DNA of 64,000 nt from contig CBDBLV010000005.1 of the NCBI GenBank assembly GCA_965207225.1, positions 544,001-608,000 of the forward strand, read 5' to 3'. Origin of the DNA: Dehalococcoidia bacterium. Its GTDB lineage: Bacteria > Chloroflexota > Dehalococcoidia > Plut-88900. Below are positions 9,791 through 18,530 of this stretch, piece after piece (the stretch's first letter is position 1; every line of letters starts with the position of its first letter). Under the pieces are notes generated by a model that was given only the letters and a program-made list of their open reading frames with translations, had not been told where the DNA came from and did no database searches. The position numbers and the translations under genes were made by a program.

Positions 9791-10778
9791 CGCCCTTCCA
9801 CACCTCTGGATTGACGATGTTGCGCGGTCGCCTACCTTGCTGAAAGCTCTCCAGTGCCTCCATCATCATCTCCGAATGCCGTGCAATCGTCCCATCCGTG
9901 GCCCCTCCCACGTGCGGGGTTAGAATCACGTTTTCGTGGGCCAGCAGCGGGTGGTCCGCCGGTATCGGTGGGCTCTCGTGGACATCCAGCGCTGCCCCCC
10001 CCACCCCCCCACCCCCGAGGGCCTCCAGTAGCGCGGCTTGGTCCACCGCCTGCGGCGTAGACGTATTTATCAAGTACGCAGTCGATTTCATCAACCCCAG
10101 CGCCCGACCATCTATAACCGTCGGCACCTCCGCGCCCGCTGGCAAGTGCAGGCTCACGAAATCCGACACCCTCAACAGATCGTCCAACTCGACCAGTCTG
10201 GCCCCCGACTCCCCAGCCTGCTCCGCCGTGATGTACGGGTCCGACGCCACCACCCCCATCCCCAGCGCACCCGCCATCCTCGCAACCTCTCCCCCGATCT
10301 TCCCCAACCCCACCAGCCCCAGCGTCTTGCCCGACAACTCCACCCCCCTCAGGTCCAGGTACGGTGATACCGGGTCTTCCCACCGACCCCCCGCCACGTA
10401 CCCATGCGCCCCGACTATCCCCCTGCCCAGCGTGAACATCAACCCAATCACCATCTCCGCCACCGCCCTCGTGTTGCGGCCCGGAGCGCTCACTACCACC
10501 ACCCCCGCCTCCGTTGCCGCGTCCACGTCAATCTGCGTCGTAGCGTTCCGGCATATCCCGACAAATTTCAGCCCCGGCGCCTCCTCGAACGTCTCCTCCA
10601 GCACGAAGTCCGCCTCCACCACCACCGCTTCTATCCTCGATTCATTGATAAGCTCCGCCAGGTCCTCCGGGTCGTACAGCGAGCGGGACTCGGTCCACGG
10701 TTTGTAGGTTACCTTCATGCTGGAGCGCAGCCGCTCCAGGCAATTCTCCTCGAATGGGGCAAGTATCAGTACGTGCAT
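9783..10778 (-). CDS. D-isomer-specific 2-hydroxyacid dehydrogenase (SerA-like catalytic domain)
   Basis: GLVGLGKIG, DFVSLH.P, LINTS, AALDV...P, LTPHVGGAT. Confidence 0.9.
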   Translation of the reverse strand: MHVLILAPFEENCLERLRSSMKVTYKPWTESRSLYDPEDLAELINESRIEAVVVEADFVLEETFEEAPGLKFVGICRNATTQIDVDAATEAGVVVVSAPGRNTRAVAEMVIGLMFTLGRGIVGAHGYVAGGRWEDPVSPYLDLRGVELSGKTLGLVGLGKIGGEVARMAGALGMGVVASDPYITAEQAGESGARLVELDDLLRVSDFVSLHLPAGAEVPTVIDGRALGLMKSTAYLINTSTPQAVDQAALLEALGGGGVGGAALDVHESPPIPADHPLLAHENVILTPHVGGATDGTIARHSEMMMEALESFQQGRRPRNIVNPEVWKGDG

Positions 10779-10792
10779 GTTTAGTCGTCGCT

Positions 10793-11428
10793 TTAGTCGA
10801 AGAAGTCGATGATCGCATCTACCGAGTAGGCGGAAGAGTAGGCCAAGAGCGATGTCCTTATCAACCTTCCGGCGAAAGTTGCCGCCAGGAATTTCGCCAC
10901 CCCCATCCTCACCGCCCCCGCCGCTATCCCCGCTATGTCAAACAGCGGGTTCGGCAACGCGGCCAGTACGAATATCCCCAACACCCCCCACCGCCCCACC
11001 AGCCTCTTGCTCCAATTTGACCACCGGGACCACCGCGATTTCTCATCCTCTCCTTTGCCCCTTGATATCGTAGACCCCGCCCTCCCCACCAGGTAGCCGC
11101 TCAGCTCCCCTATCGTCATCCCCAGAGCCCCGACCAGCGCCACCAGCAACGGGTTCAGCACTGCCCCGGCCACGACAACAGCCACAAATCCGGGTGTTGG
11201 CAAAATGATCGACGCATTCGCCATCAACGTCACCAGGAAAAGCCCCGGATACCCGACCCGCTCGAAATACTCCCGGTCGAACGTCGGCTCCGGGATCAGC
11301 AGCAGCCCGACCACGCTGGCCGCAACCACCGCCACGACCGCTGCTTCCCACCGGAAAACCAGCCGTCGGGTGCGTTCCCCCACCCCGCCCCCGCCCTCCA
11401 CTAAACTGTCGTTGTCATTCTCGGCCAC
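10793..11428 (-). CDS. VTT/DedA (SNARE-associated) membrane protein
   Basis: ILPTPG, GELSGYLVGR.G, PNPLFDIAGIAAG. Confidence 0.85.
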   Translation of the reverse strand: MAENDNDSLVEGGGGVGERTRRLVFRWEAAVVAVVAASVVGLLLIPEPTFDREYFERVGYPGLFLVTLMANASIILPTPGFVAVVVAGAVLNPLLVALVGALGMTIGELSGYLVGRAGSTISRGKGEDEKSRWSRWSNWSKRLVGRWGVLGIFVLAALPNPLFDIAGIAAGAVRMGVAKFLAATFAGRLIRTSLLAYSSAYSVDAIIDFFD

Positions 11429-11551
11429 GAGACCTTTCCATAGCCGTCATTCCCATACCCCGCGAGGAAGCTGGAACGGGGGCCTTTGTGCTTGACTGAA
11501 GCACTCCCGGATACCGAAATGTCTTGGAATCAAAAATAGCAAACAGGTACT
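11429..11551 (+). mobile_element. Degenerate MITE/REPIN-like copy 1
   Basis: Starts GAGACCTTT-N7-CGTCATTCCCATACCCCGCGAGGAA and ends in a decayed ...AAACAGGTACT; same length (~123 bp) as copy 2. Confidence 0.55.
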
Positions 11552-11695
11552 ATATTAAATTCTACCTATAGACTAGGATTAGGAACTTTCCAACGTGTTT
11601 TCGGCAAAGAAAGTAAGCCATTGTGGTAACAGGACTTGATAGTATAGCCGAGGAGGATTTACACTATGGGGGAACACGGCTAAGGAGCACCAATC

Positions 11696-11878
11696 ATGGC
11701 CACCGTAGATATTCCCCTCGCCCAGACCATAGGCCAGCTTGTGGAAGGGCAGAGACAGCTTGAGGGGCGTATCGACAAATTGGAATCCAAGCTGGACAAG
11801 CTGCTCTGGGCCAACTTCGGCCTTATAGGGGCAGTATTGGCTGGGATTGCCTCTATCCTGATTACCACCTTGTCATGA
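11696..11878 (+). CDS. Small coiled-coil protein with C-terminal TM helix
   Basis: 60 aa; heptad-like LEGRIDKLESKLDKLL then hydrophobic tail; TAAGGAG RBS. Confidence 0.75.
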   Translation: MATVDIPLAQTIGQLVEGQRQLEGRIDKLESKLDKLLWANFGLIGAVLAGIASILITTLS

Positions 11879-11879
11879 T

Positions 11880-12001
11880 GAGACCTTTGTAAAACTGTCA
11901 TTCCGATGCCCCGCGAGGAATCTGGGGCGGGGCTTTTCGCCTTAAATGAAACGACCCCCAAGACCGGGGGCTCCCGGAATCGAGAGTTGTGAAAAGGTCT
12001 C
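11880..12001 (+). mobile_element. MITE/REPIN-like copy 2 with terminal inverted repeats
   Basis: Left end GAGACCTTTGTAAAACT vs reverse complement of right end GAGACCTTTTCACAACT (14/17); contains TGTCATTCCGATGCCCCGCGAGGAATCT. Confidence 0.7.
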
Positions 12002-12013
12002 CCCACCGTGTAG

Positions 12014-12706
12014 TCAAGGACTTCCGCCAGCCCTCGCCCGCGGCTCCTTGGGCCCCGCCAACCTCTCCCCAAGCCCCACCCACTCCGCATACCCCCTCGT
12101 CCTCCCCAGCCCCGGCCACCTCAGCACCTCCGCCAGGTCCTCCGGCGTATCCACGTCCACCCTGAACGATGCCAGATCGATGATTCTCGTTGCCACACCC
12201 TTGGCTTCCGCCTCCTGCAAGTGCAGCGAAAGGCTGTCAGGCCCGAACCTCGACGATATCACCGTCGGCGGCCTCCTCAGCATCCCGTTCGTCCCTCCGT
12301 CATGCGCCGGCGCCATCACCACCGACGGCGTCCCCGGATCTACAGCTAGAACCTTCTCCAGGTCTTCCCCCGAGACCTGCGGCATGTCCGAGGGAATAAC
12401 CAGCAGCCGCTCAATCCCCCTCCCCTCCAAAATCCCCGCCCCATAGTCCACCGCTGGCCCCTCCCCCCTTATCCCTTCCGGCTCCCGGATCACCTCGATT
12501 CCATACTTCTCCGCAATCTTCCCCACCCGAGAATCCCTCGTCACTATAACCAGCGGCCCTATCTCCCTGACTCCCTTCACCACCTCTATCACGTCCTCCA
12601 ACATCGCCAGAGATAATCCAATCTTCTCTTCTTGGGTCAGGATATCCCCCAGCCGGGACATCGACGTCGAAAGCTCCTTGACCGGGATTAGGCAGGCCGT
12701 CTTCAC
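12014..12706 (-). CDS. cofC: 2-phospho-L-lactate/PEP guanylyltransferase
   Basis: IPVK.....SRL, AMLEDV, PSDMP, DGGTN, FGPDS...H, DVDTPEDL. Confidence 0.92.
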   Translation of the reverse strand: MKTACLIPVKELSTSMSRLGDILTQEEKIGLSLAMLEDVIEVVKGVREIGPLVIVTRDSRVGKIAEKYGIEVIREPEGIRGEGPAVDYGAGILEGRGIERLLVIPSDMPQVSGEDLEKVLAVDPGTPSVVMAPAHDGGTNGMLRRPPTVISSRFGPDSLSLHLQEAEAKGVATRIIDLASFRVDVDTPEDLAEVLRWPGLGRTRGYAEWVGLGERLAGPKEPRARAGGSP

Positions 12707-13635
12707 CTGTCCAGCCCCAGGGCCCGGAGCGCACTGCGCGCTAGCGCCATCTTCCGCTCCAGCGACGCCATTATCGTGTCCGTTACAACCGCCCTGGTCC
12801 CCAGCCCCTTCACCCGCTCCATGTCCTCCGCGTCCGCATAGTCCATGATGAAAGAGCTTGTGAACGGCCGGTATATCTCCGCCACCCCGTATGCGCTCAC
12901 CTCGTGCCCCAGGGCGTCCATCATGTCCGCCGCCGGCCCCTTGATCGCCTTCCCCCCGACTATCGGGCTTATCGCCGTCACCCGCTCCCTTGCCGCCGTT
13001 AAAGCCTCCCTGACCCCCGACACCGCCAGTATCGGCCCGATGCTGATTATCGGGTTGCTCGGCGCTATCACCACCCCCTCCGCCCCCGAGATCGCTTCCA
13101 GCACCCCCTCCGACGCCCTCGCCCCCTCCACCCCCTCGAACCGTATCGCCTTAACCCTGTCCGCCGCCTGGTCCTTCACCAGGTACTCCTGGAACCCCGA
13201 GTCCCCCTTCTCCGTGACCACTATCGTTGCAACCCTCTCGTTGCTCATTGGCAGCAGCCTGCACCCCACCCCCAGCCTCCCCCGTACCTCTTCAGTGATC
13301 TCCGATAGCGACGCGCCTTCCCGCAAACGCTCAGTTCGGTGAATGTGCAAGGCCATGTCCTGGTCTCCCAGGTTGAACCACGTCTCCCTCCCCAGCCTCT
13401 TCAGCCCCGACAGGCACTCCCACGTCTCGTGCTTCAGCCCCCACCCCCGGGCCTCGTCCGCCAGCCCCGCCAGCGTGTACGTAACAGTGTCAATGTCCGG
13501 CGAAACGTGAAGCCCGTGCATTATCACGTCGTCGCCCGTGTTGATGATGACCGTGACTTCGCCCGGGTCTACGACCTTGACCAGACCCTGCAGGAACCTG
13601 GCTGCCCCCACCCCTCCCGCGAGGACTGTGATCAT
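12703..13635 (-). CDS. cofD: 2-phospho-L-lactate transferase
   Basis: LAGGVGAARFL.GL, NTGDD, SPDIDT..YTL, WFNLGD.D, FQEY, PSNP.ISIGPIL, KGPA. Confidence 0.95.
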   Translation of the reverse strand: MITVLAGGVGAARFLQGLVKVVDPGEVTVIINTGDDVIMHGLHVSPDIDTVTYTLAGLADEARGWGLKHETWECLSGLKRLGRETWFNLGDQDMALHIHRTERLREGASLSEITEEVRGRLGVGCRLLPMSNERVATIVVTEKGDSGFQEYLVKDQAADRVKAIRFEGVEGARASEGVLEAISGAEGVVIAPSNPIISIGPILAVSGVREALTAARERVTAISPIVGGKAIKGPAADMMDALGHEVSAYGVAEIYRPFTSSFIMDYADAEDMERVKGLGTRAVVTDTIMASLERKMALARSALRALGLDR

Positions 13636-13640
13636 CCCCG

Positions 13641-14996
13641 CTATCCGAGCACGTCCACGGCCAGCGCTATCAGCATCTTCGTCCCCAGTATCAGGCTCCG
13701 CACGTCCACCGACTCATTGGTCCCGTGCACGTTCGCCAGGTTCCCCGGGTCCTCCGGGTGCGACACCTGGAACCCGTACGTCAGCGTTCCCAGCGGCCTC
13801 ATGAACCGGGAGTCCGTGAATCCCGTGGTGAACGTCGGAATCCACACCGCCTCAGAGCCGTCCAGCGACCGCTCCGTCGCACTCCTCACCTTGGCCGCAA
13901 ACTCGGTGTTGTAGGGCGCCATGCTCGGGATCGCCATGTAGTCGATGTCGTACTCGACGTCCGGGATCCCCGCCAGTATCTTGTCCAGCTCTCCCCTCAG
14001 GTACGCCTCGTCCTGGTGGTACAGCGTCCGCACGTCGCACGTGATCATGCACTTGGAAGGGATCGAGTTCGACTTTATCCCCCCTTCGATCATCGTCGCC
14101 GATATCGTCATCCGCGACAGCCCCTTGATCCTAGAGGCCATCTGCGGGTCCCTCTCCGCCAGCTCCGATGCCAGCCTGTCTATGTTCCCGGGCGTCGGCT
14201 CCTCCTCCAGGTCCAGGCTCCTCAAATGCCCGAACACCTCCGACGACGTGTCTATCTCCGGCTCGTACTCCGCCAGCCTGCTCAGCACCAGCGCCGACCT
14301 TGTCAGCGCGTTCTCTCCGTTCCACGGCGTCGACGCGTGGCACGGCACCCCGTTCACCGTGATGTGTACCTCCAGCCTCCCCTTCTCCCCTATCCCGAAC
14401 AGGTACGCCGGCGCCCCGCTCTTCCTCAGCACCACGTCCCCGCCCCCCTCGTTTATACAGTAGTCCGCCCTCAACCTGTCCGGGTGGTTTTCCGCCAGCC
14501 ACCCCACCCCGAACCTCCCCCCGGCCTCTTCATCGGCGCAGGCCGCCAGCGTCAGGTCGCCCCGCAGCTCCACCCCCGCCCGCTTCATTATGATCATCGC
14601 CATCGTCTGGCACGTCAGCAGCGCCTTGCAGTCCGAAGACCCCCGACCGTACAGCCTCGTCCCTATAATCTCGGCGCTGAACGGCGGGCATATCCACTCC
14701 GACTCCGTCTCCACCGGCACCACGTCAGTATGGGCCATGTAGATCATCGACTGCCCCCCGCCCGACCCCTTTACCGTCGCAAAATAGTTCCCCCGCCCTG
14801 GCGCCGACTCTATCGTCTCCCCCTCTATCCCCTCCTTCGCCAGCAGGTCGCTCAGGAACTCGCACGCCTTCGTCTCATCTCCCGTCGGCATGAAGCCCGT
14901 GTTCACCGTCGGGATCCGTACCAGGTCCTGCTGAAGCCCGACTATCTCGTCGTATGCCCTGTCAACCTGCTCGAACAGTTCGGAAAGACTCGGCAT
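13641..14996 (-). CDS. M20/M25/M40 family metallopeptidase
   Basis: HTDVVP, GRG..DCK, DEEAGG, NEGG, GEKG, HAS.P, TDSRF, HG.NE. Confidence 0.9.
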   Translation of the reverse strand: MPSLSELFEQVDRAYDEIVGLQQDLVRIPTVNTGFMPTGDETKACEFLSDLLAKEGIEGETIESAPGRGNYFATVKGSGGGQSMIYMAHTDVVPVETESEWICPPFSAEIIGTRLYGRGSSDCKALLTCQTMAMIIMKRAGVELRGDLTLAACADEEAGGRFGVGWLAENHPDRLRADYCINEGGGDVVLRKSGAPAYLFGIGEKGRLEVHITVNGVPCHASTPWNGENALTRSALVLSRLAEYEPEIDTSSEVFGHLRSLDLEEEPTPGNIDRLASELAERDPQMASRIKGLSRMTISATMIEGGIKSNSIPSKCMITCDVRTLYHQDEAYLRGELDKILAGIPDVEYDIDYMAIPSMAPYNTEFAAKVRSATERSLDGSEAVWIPTFTTGFTDSRFMRPLGTLTYGFQVSHPEDPGNLANVHGTNESVDVRSLILGTKMLIALAVDVLG

Positions 14997-15005
14997 TTCG
15001 CCTCC

Positions 15006-15689
15006 TTATTGGGCGGGTAGGTCTATTGGGGCTGGGGGCTGCAGCTCCATCAGCGCCCTCTGCGCATGGAGACCCTTCAGCCTCGCGAACGTCTCCTTGT
15101 ACTCCGCCGACAGAATAGACTCCGTCGTCATTATGTACGCGTCCTCGTTGTTGTCCAGGTAGTACCGCTTCCGCACCCCCGCCCTCTTGAATCCGTACTT
15201 GTCATAGAGCGACTGTGCCCCGCGGTTCGACACCCGCACCTCCAGTGTCACGTACCTTGATCCCCACCCCATCGCCGTCTCTATCGCCCGGATCAAAAGC
15301 GCCTCCCCCACCCCGTGTCGCCTGAACGGCGTCCTCACCCCTATCGATACCACGTGTGCATCGTCCACAACTTGCCACAGGCCGATGTATCCCAGCAGGT
15401 AGTCACCGTTGCTCGCCTCCGGCCCGACCGGCAAGAGTCTCCGCAAAACAGCCGAAAGGCGAGCGAGAAAGCCGGGTGCCGCAGGCTCTACGGGTTCGAC
15501 TTCCTCCAGCTCCGAAACATCCTCCAGCGCCACCGCTGTCAGGTATATGGCAAGCTTGTTGTTCAGCTCCCGCTTGAAGGATGTCGGGGGCCAGAGCGTC
15601 GGAAATGCATCTCTTTCCACTTCCACCAGCTGACGGGAGTCCAGGCTGGCCATGGGTCTGATATGAAACCGGATCGGAATGGGCGACAT
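15006..15689 (-). CDS. rimI: Ribosomal-protein-alanine N-acetyltransferase
   Basis: LEVRVSN.GAQSLY.KYGF...GVRKRYY.DN.EDAYIM. Confidence 0.88.
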   Translation of the reverse strand: MSPIPIRFHIRPMASLDSRQLVEVERDAFPTLWPPTSFKRELNNKLAIYLTAVALEDVSELEEVEPVEPAAPGFLARLSAVLRRLLPVGPEASNGDYLLGYIGLWQVVDDAHVVSIGVRTPFRRHGVGEALLIRAIETAMGWGSRYVTLEVRVSNRGAQSLYDKYGFKRAGVRKRYYLDNNEDAYIMTTESILSAEYKETFARLKGLHAQRALMELQPPAPIDLPAQ

Positions 15690-15834
15690 TTCCTTGCCCG
15701 ATGCTCAACGTGAAGGTAGTACATTCTATCACAAGGCTACGCACTCCTACCCTTTCACCCCTCTCTTCGTTATATTTGACGTAGGGTTCCTATTATCCGT
15801 TTCCCCGAAAAGCCCCACTCCCGAGGGAAACCCG

Positions 15835-16380
15835 ATGCAGTCCGAGCAACAGCTTATCGAAAGTGCCCAGGCCGGCAGCGAGACGGCCTTCGAGCAGATC
15901 TACGAAGACTACTTCGACAGGATCTACGCTTACATCGCCGCCCGCATCGGAAACCGCGTTGACGCCGAGGACCTCACCGAGGACGTGTTCGTTCGCGCCC
16001 TCCAGTCCATCGGCTCCTTCAAGTGGCAGGGCATCTCCATCGGCGCCTGGCTTTTCCGCATAGCCCACAACGTGACCGTAGACCACCTCAGGAAGAACTC
16101 CAGGAGACAGACCGTCCCCATAGAGGACACCGTCCGCACAAAAGGCCCTTCCCCCGAGGAACGGGCCGCCACTAACATCGCCTTCGAGAAGGTCAGGGAG
16201 GTGTTCGACCGCCTCACCCAGGCCCAGCAGCAGGTTCTTACCCTCAGGCTGGCCTCTGGCATCTCGGTGGCGGAAACGGCAAAGATCATGGGCAAGTCGG
16301 AGGGTGCCGTTAAAGCCTCACAGCACAGCGCCTTGGCCGCGATCAGGAGGATGTTTGCCGCCGAGTATGGAGAATACTAG
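15835..16380 (+). CDS. ECF RNA polymerase sigma factor
   Basis: DAEDLTEDVF, AWLFRIAHN...DHLR, ETAKIMGKSEGAVK; start trimmed to ATG 15835. Confidence 0.92.
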   Translation: MQSEQQLIESAQAGSETAFEQIYEDYFDRIYAYIAARIGNRVDAEDLTEDVFVRALQSIGSFKWQGISIGAWLFRIAHNVTVDHLRKNSRRQTVPIEDTVRTKGPSPEERAATNIAFEKVREVFDRLTQAQQQVLTLRLASGISVAETAKIMGKSEGAVKASQHSALAAIRRMFAAEYGEY

Positions 16381-17443
16381 AGACTTCGAGTCCGCCCTCG
16401 ACCGGTGCCTCGACGCACTGATTCGCGGGGATTCCATCGAGCTCTGCCTCGCGCGCTTTCCCGAGCACGCCTCCGAGCTCGAGCCCCTTCTCCTTGCCGC
16501 GCGCCGGATCATCGACCTCCCCCACCCCGTCCCCAGCCCCGAGCTAAAGGCCCAGACCCTCAGGGCCCTCGACCTGGCGCCCCTCTCCCTCGAAGAAGTC
16601 CGCTTCCGGGACGCCCTCAACCACTGCCTCGACCTCCTTGCAGAGGGCAAGAGCATCGACCACTGCATCGAGCTCTACCCCGAAATGTCCTCCCTCCTCA
16701 CCCCGCTCCTCTCCACCGCTTCAACCCTCCGCGACTCCATCCTCGTAACCCCCACCCCCGAGTTCAAGGCCGCAGCCCGCCGCCGGGTCCTCTCCCGGGT
16801 GGAACAGCGCAAGGCAATCAGGTGGCTCCCCATCCCCTCCTGGCGCCGCTGGGCGTACAGGGGCGCTCTTGTTGCCGCTACTTTCCTCATCATGATTTCC
16901 GCAGGCCAGCTCACCCTGCGCGCCTCATCTGGCAGCTCTCCGGGCGACGCCCTCTATCCCGTCAAGGAGTTCTCCGAAACCGTCCGCATGAGACTCGCCA
17001 CCTCTCAGGAGGACGAGGCCAAGCTCCACGTCGAGCTGGCCGGTCGACGCGCCCAGGAAATGGCCGACGTCGCCGCCGATGGAGACCGAGAGATGGTCCA
17101 GGAGCTTCTCGTGAAGCTGGAAGCCCACCTCGAAGAAGCCCCGAGACTCATGAACGAAAAACAATTCCACAAGGCCCTGGACATGGTCCTCGAAGGCGGG
17201 GGTCAGCTGGACCATTCCCATGTCCGCGACCTCCTCGCCGTCCTCAACCAGGACATAAGGACCAACGAGGCCCGCCTCAAGGACGCCATGTACGAAGTCC
17301 CGCCCGACATGCTCCCCGAGTTGGAGGACGCCATCGCCCGCGTCCGCAACCACTACTCCGTCTCCATCGCCACCCTCGAGGCCCGGCGCTCCACCGATGA
17401 CCTCGACTCCCTCAACGGCGTCAGGCTCACCTTCCGTAAATAG
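16367..17443 (+). CDS. Putative membrane anti-sigma factor (DUF5667-like)
   Basis: Overlaps the ECF gene; one TM helix; S.PGD.LYPVK...E...RR.QEM motif; duplicated N-terminal CLD...C...YP/FPE..L.PLL module. Confidence 0.75.
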   Translation: MENTRDFESALDRCLDALIRGDSIELCLARFPEHASELEPLLLAARRIIDLPHPVPSPELKAQTLRALDLAPLSLEEVRFRDALNHCLDLLAEGKSIDHCIELYPEMSSLLTPLLSTASTLRDSILVTPTPEFKAAARRRVLSRVEQRKAIRWLPIPSWRRWAYRGALVAATFLIMISAGQLTLRASSGSSPGDALYPVKEFSETVRMRLATSQEDEAKLHVELAGRRAQEMADVAADGDREMVQELLVKLEAHLEEAPRLMNEKQFHKALDMVLEGGGQLDHSHVRDLLAVLNQDIRTNEARLKDAMYEVPPDMLPELEDAIARVRNHYSVSIATLEARRSTDDLDSLNGVRLTFRK

Positions 17444-17626
17444 GGTGGTGCGGCAGTTTGATCGCCTGCCAGCCGGTAGGCTTTAGTACGCGCTTCACTT
17501 TGATGATCTGATGGAAATGGTGGGGGCGCAACGTCGCGTCAATGTCGAGCTTCTAGCGGCAATTGACGCATTGAAGAAACAGCTGGGTAACTTATGGAAG
17601 ACCGGATAAAGGCGCCGGTGGGGGTG

Positions 17627-17914
17627 TTAGAAGTCGGGCGGCAGAATATCAAATGAGCTCGGATACTGCTCTAATACTTCGTTTAGAGCCTCCATTACAG
17701 CTGCGCTGAACCATCCCGCCATACGACGAGTCAGTTTTGGGCTCCACACTGCAATATCCTCCAGAACATGGGACAGAAGAATTGTGTTCTGAAAGGGTCG
17801 GTGGCCGAGAATTAAATTGTGCTGTCTATTCCGAAAGCTCTTTGGATCTCCGGGGATCGGAGTCCATCCGTGAGCACGATACGCTGTCGTCAACTGATTT
17901 AGCGTAATGTACAT
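17627..17914 (-). CDS. Small protein, possible divergent HicA-like toxin
   Basis: 95 aa, start overlaps the upstream stop (TAATG), low GC. Confidence 0.5.
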   Translation of the reverse strand: MYITLNQLTTAYRAHGWTPIPGDPKSFRNRQHNLILGHRPFQNTILLSHVLEDIAVWSPKLTRRMAGWFSAAVMEALNEVLEQYPSSFDILPPDF

Positions 17915-18285
17915 TACTCAACTGTGACTAGCTGGGAGGAGACGATTTCTCTCATGAGATTACGCCAATCACTCTCTGGCCTTTCCCTCTCCTCATCCTC
18001 TATTGTCGGCTCTCGAAGTATGGTGAATCCCGTTGGTTCCTTGGAGTCAGCCCGCTCAATAGACCAGTCTACCTTGGAGTGATTAAGTTGAGCCTCCAGA
18101 GTTCCATACTTGATGGCATGTCTGAGGAAGGCGCTGAGTAGATCGTACAATTCGGTGCGTGCATCCCTGTCAGTCTTGCCATAGGCGGTCAGCCCTAGTT
18201 CCCGGAATCGAGCCACACAAAGCCCTGCCTCCTCGCTGTGACCTATAGACAGCATGGGGGATAAGGTGATTTTATTTCTGCCCAT
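17914..18285 (-). CDS. HicB-like antitoxin
   Basis: EAGLCVARFRELGLTAYGKTDRDA resembles the HicB RNase-H-like N-terminus; GGGAGG RBS before ATG 18285. Confidence 0.6.
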   Translation of the reverse strand: MGRNKITLSPMLSIGHSEEAGLCVARFRELGLTAYGKTDRDARTELYDLLSAFLRHAIKYGTLEAQLNHSKVDWSIERADSKEPTGFTILREPTIEDEERERPESDWRNLMREIVSSQLVTVE

Positions 18286-18325
18286 TCTCTTCCTCCCTGT
18301 CAGGTGTGCAATTGTTGACATTCTT

Positions 18326-18354
18326 ATGTTAGAGAAATTCGTCTGTGTGGTCAA
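18326..18354 (-). promoter_or_regulatory. Sigma70-type promoter of the hicB/hicA-like pair
   Basis: Minus strand TTGACC-N17-TAACAT. Confidence 0.55.
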
Positions 18355-18530
18355 CTTGGCCCAAAGGCCTTGTTTATGGCCTTTCCACTTCTGTCTTGAA
18401 TCCTGGTACCCCGTCAAGATCTCAAGTTCGGTGTCGAGACACCAGTTTAGTCCGAATTGAAAGAGTACCCAAAACAACCCCCGACTTGATAGCCCATCCC
18501 CTTAGCTGGTACGCTTGAACCTTACCGGCT

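Noticed and set aside
17511-17609. Small + strand ORF MEMVGAQRRVNVELLAAIDALKKQLGNLWKTG*
   Set aside because: No RBS or motif; may be a gene fragment at the islet edge but cannot be supported.
17914-18477. 187-aa long version of the HicB-like ORF
   Set aside because: The upstream extension spans the predicted promoter; a strong RBS supports ATG 18285.
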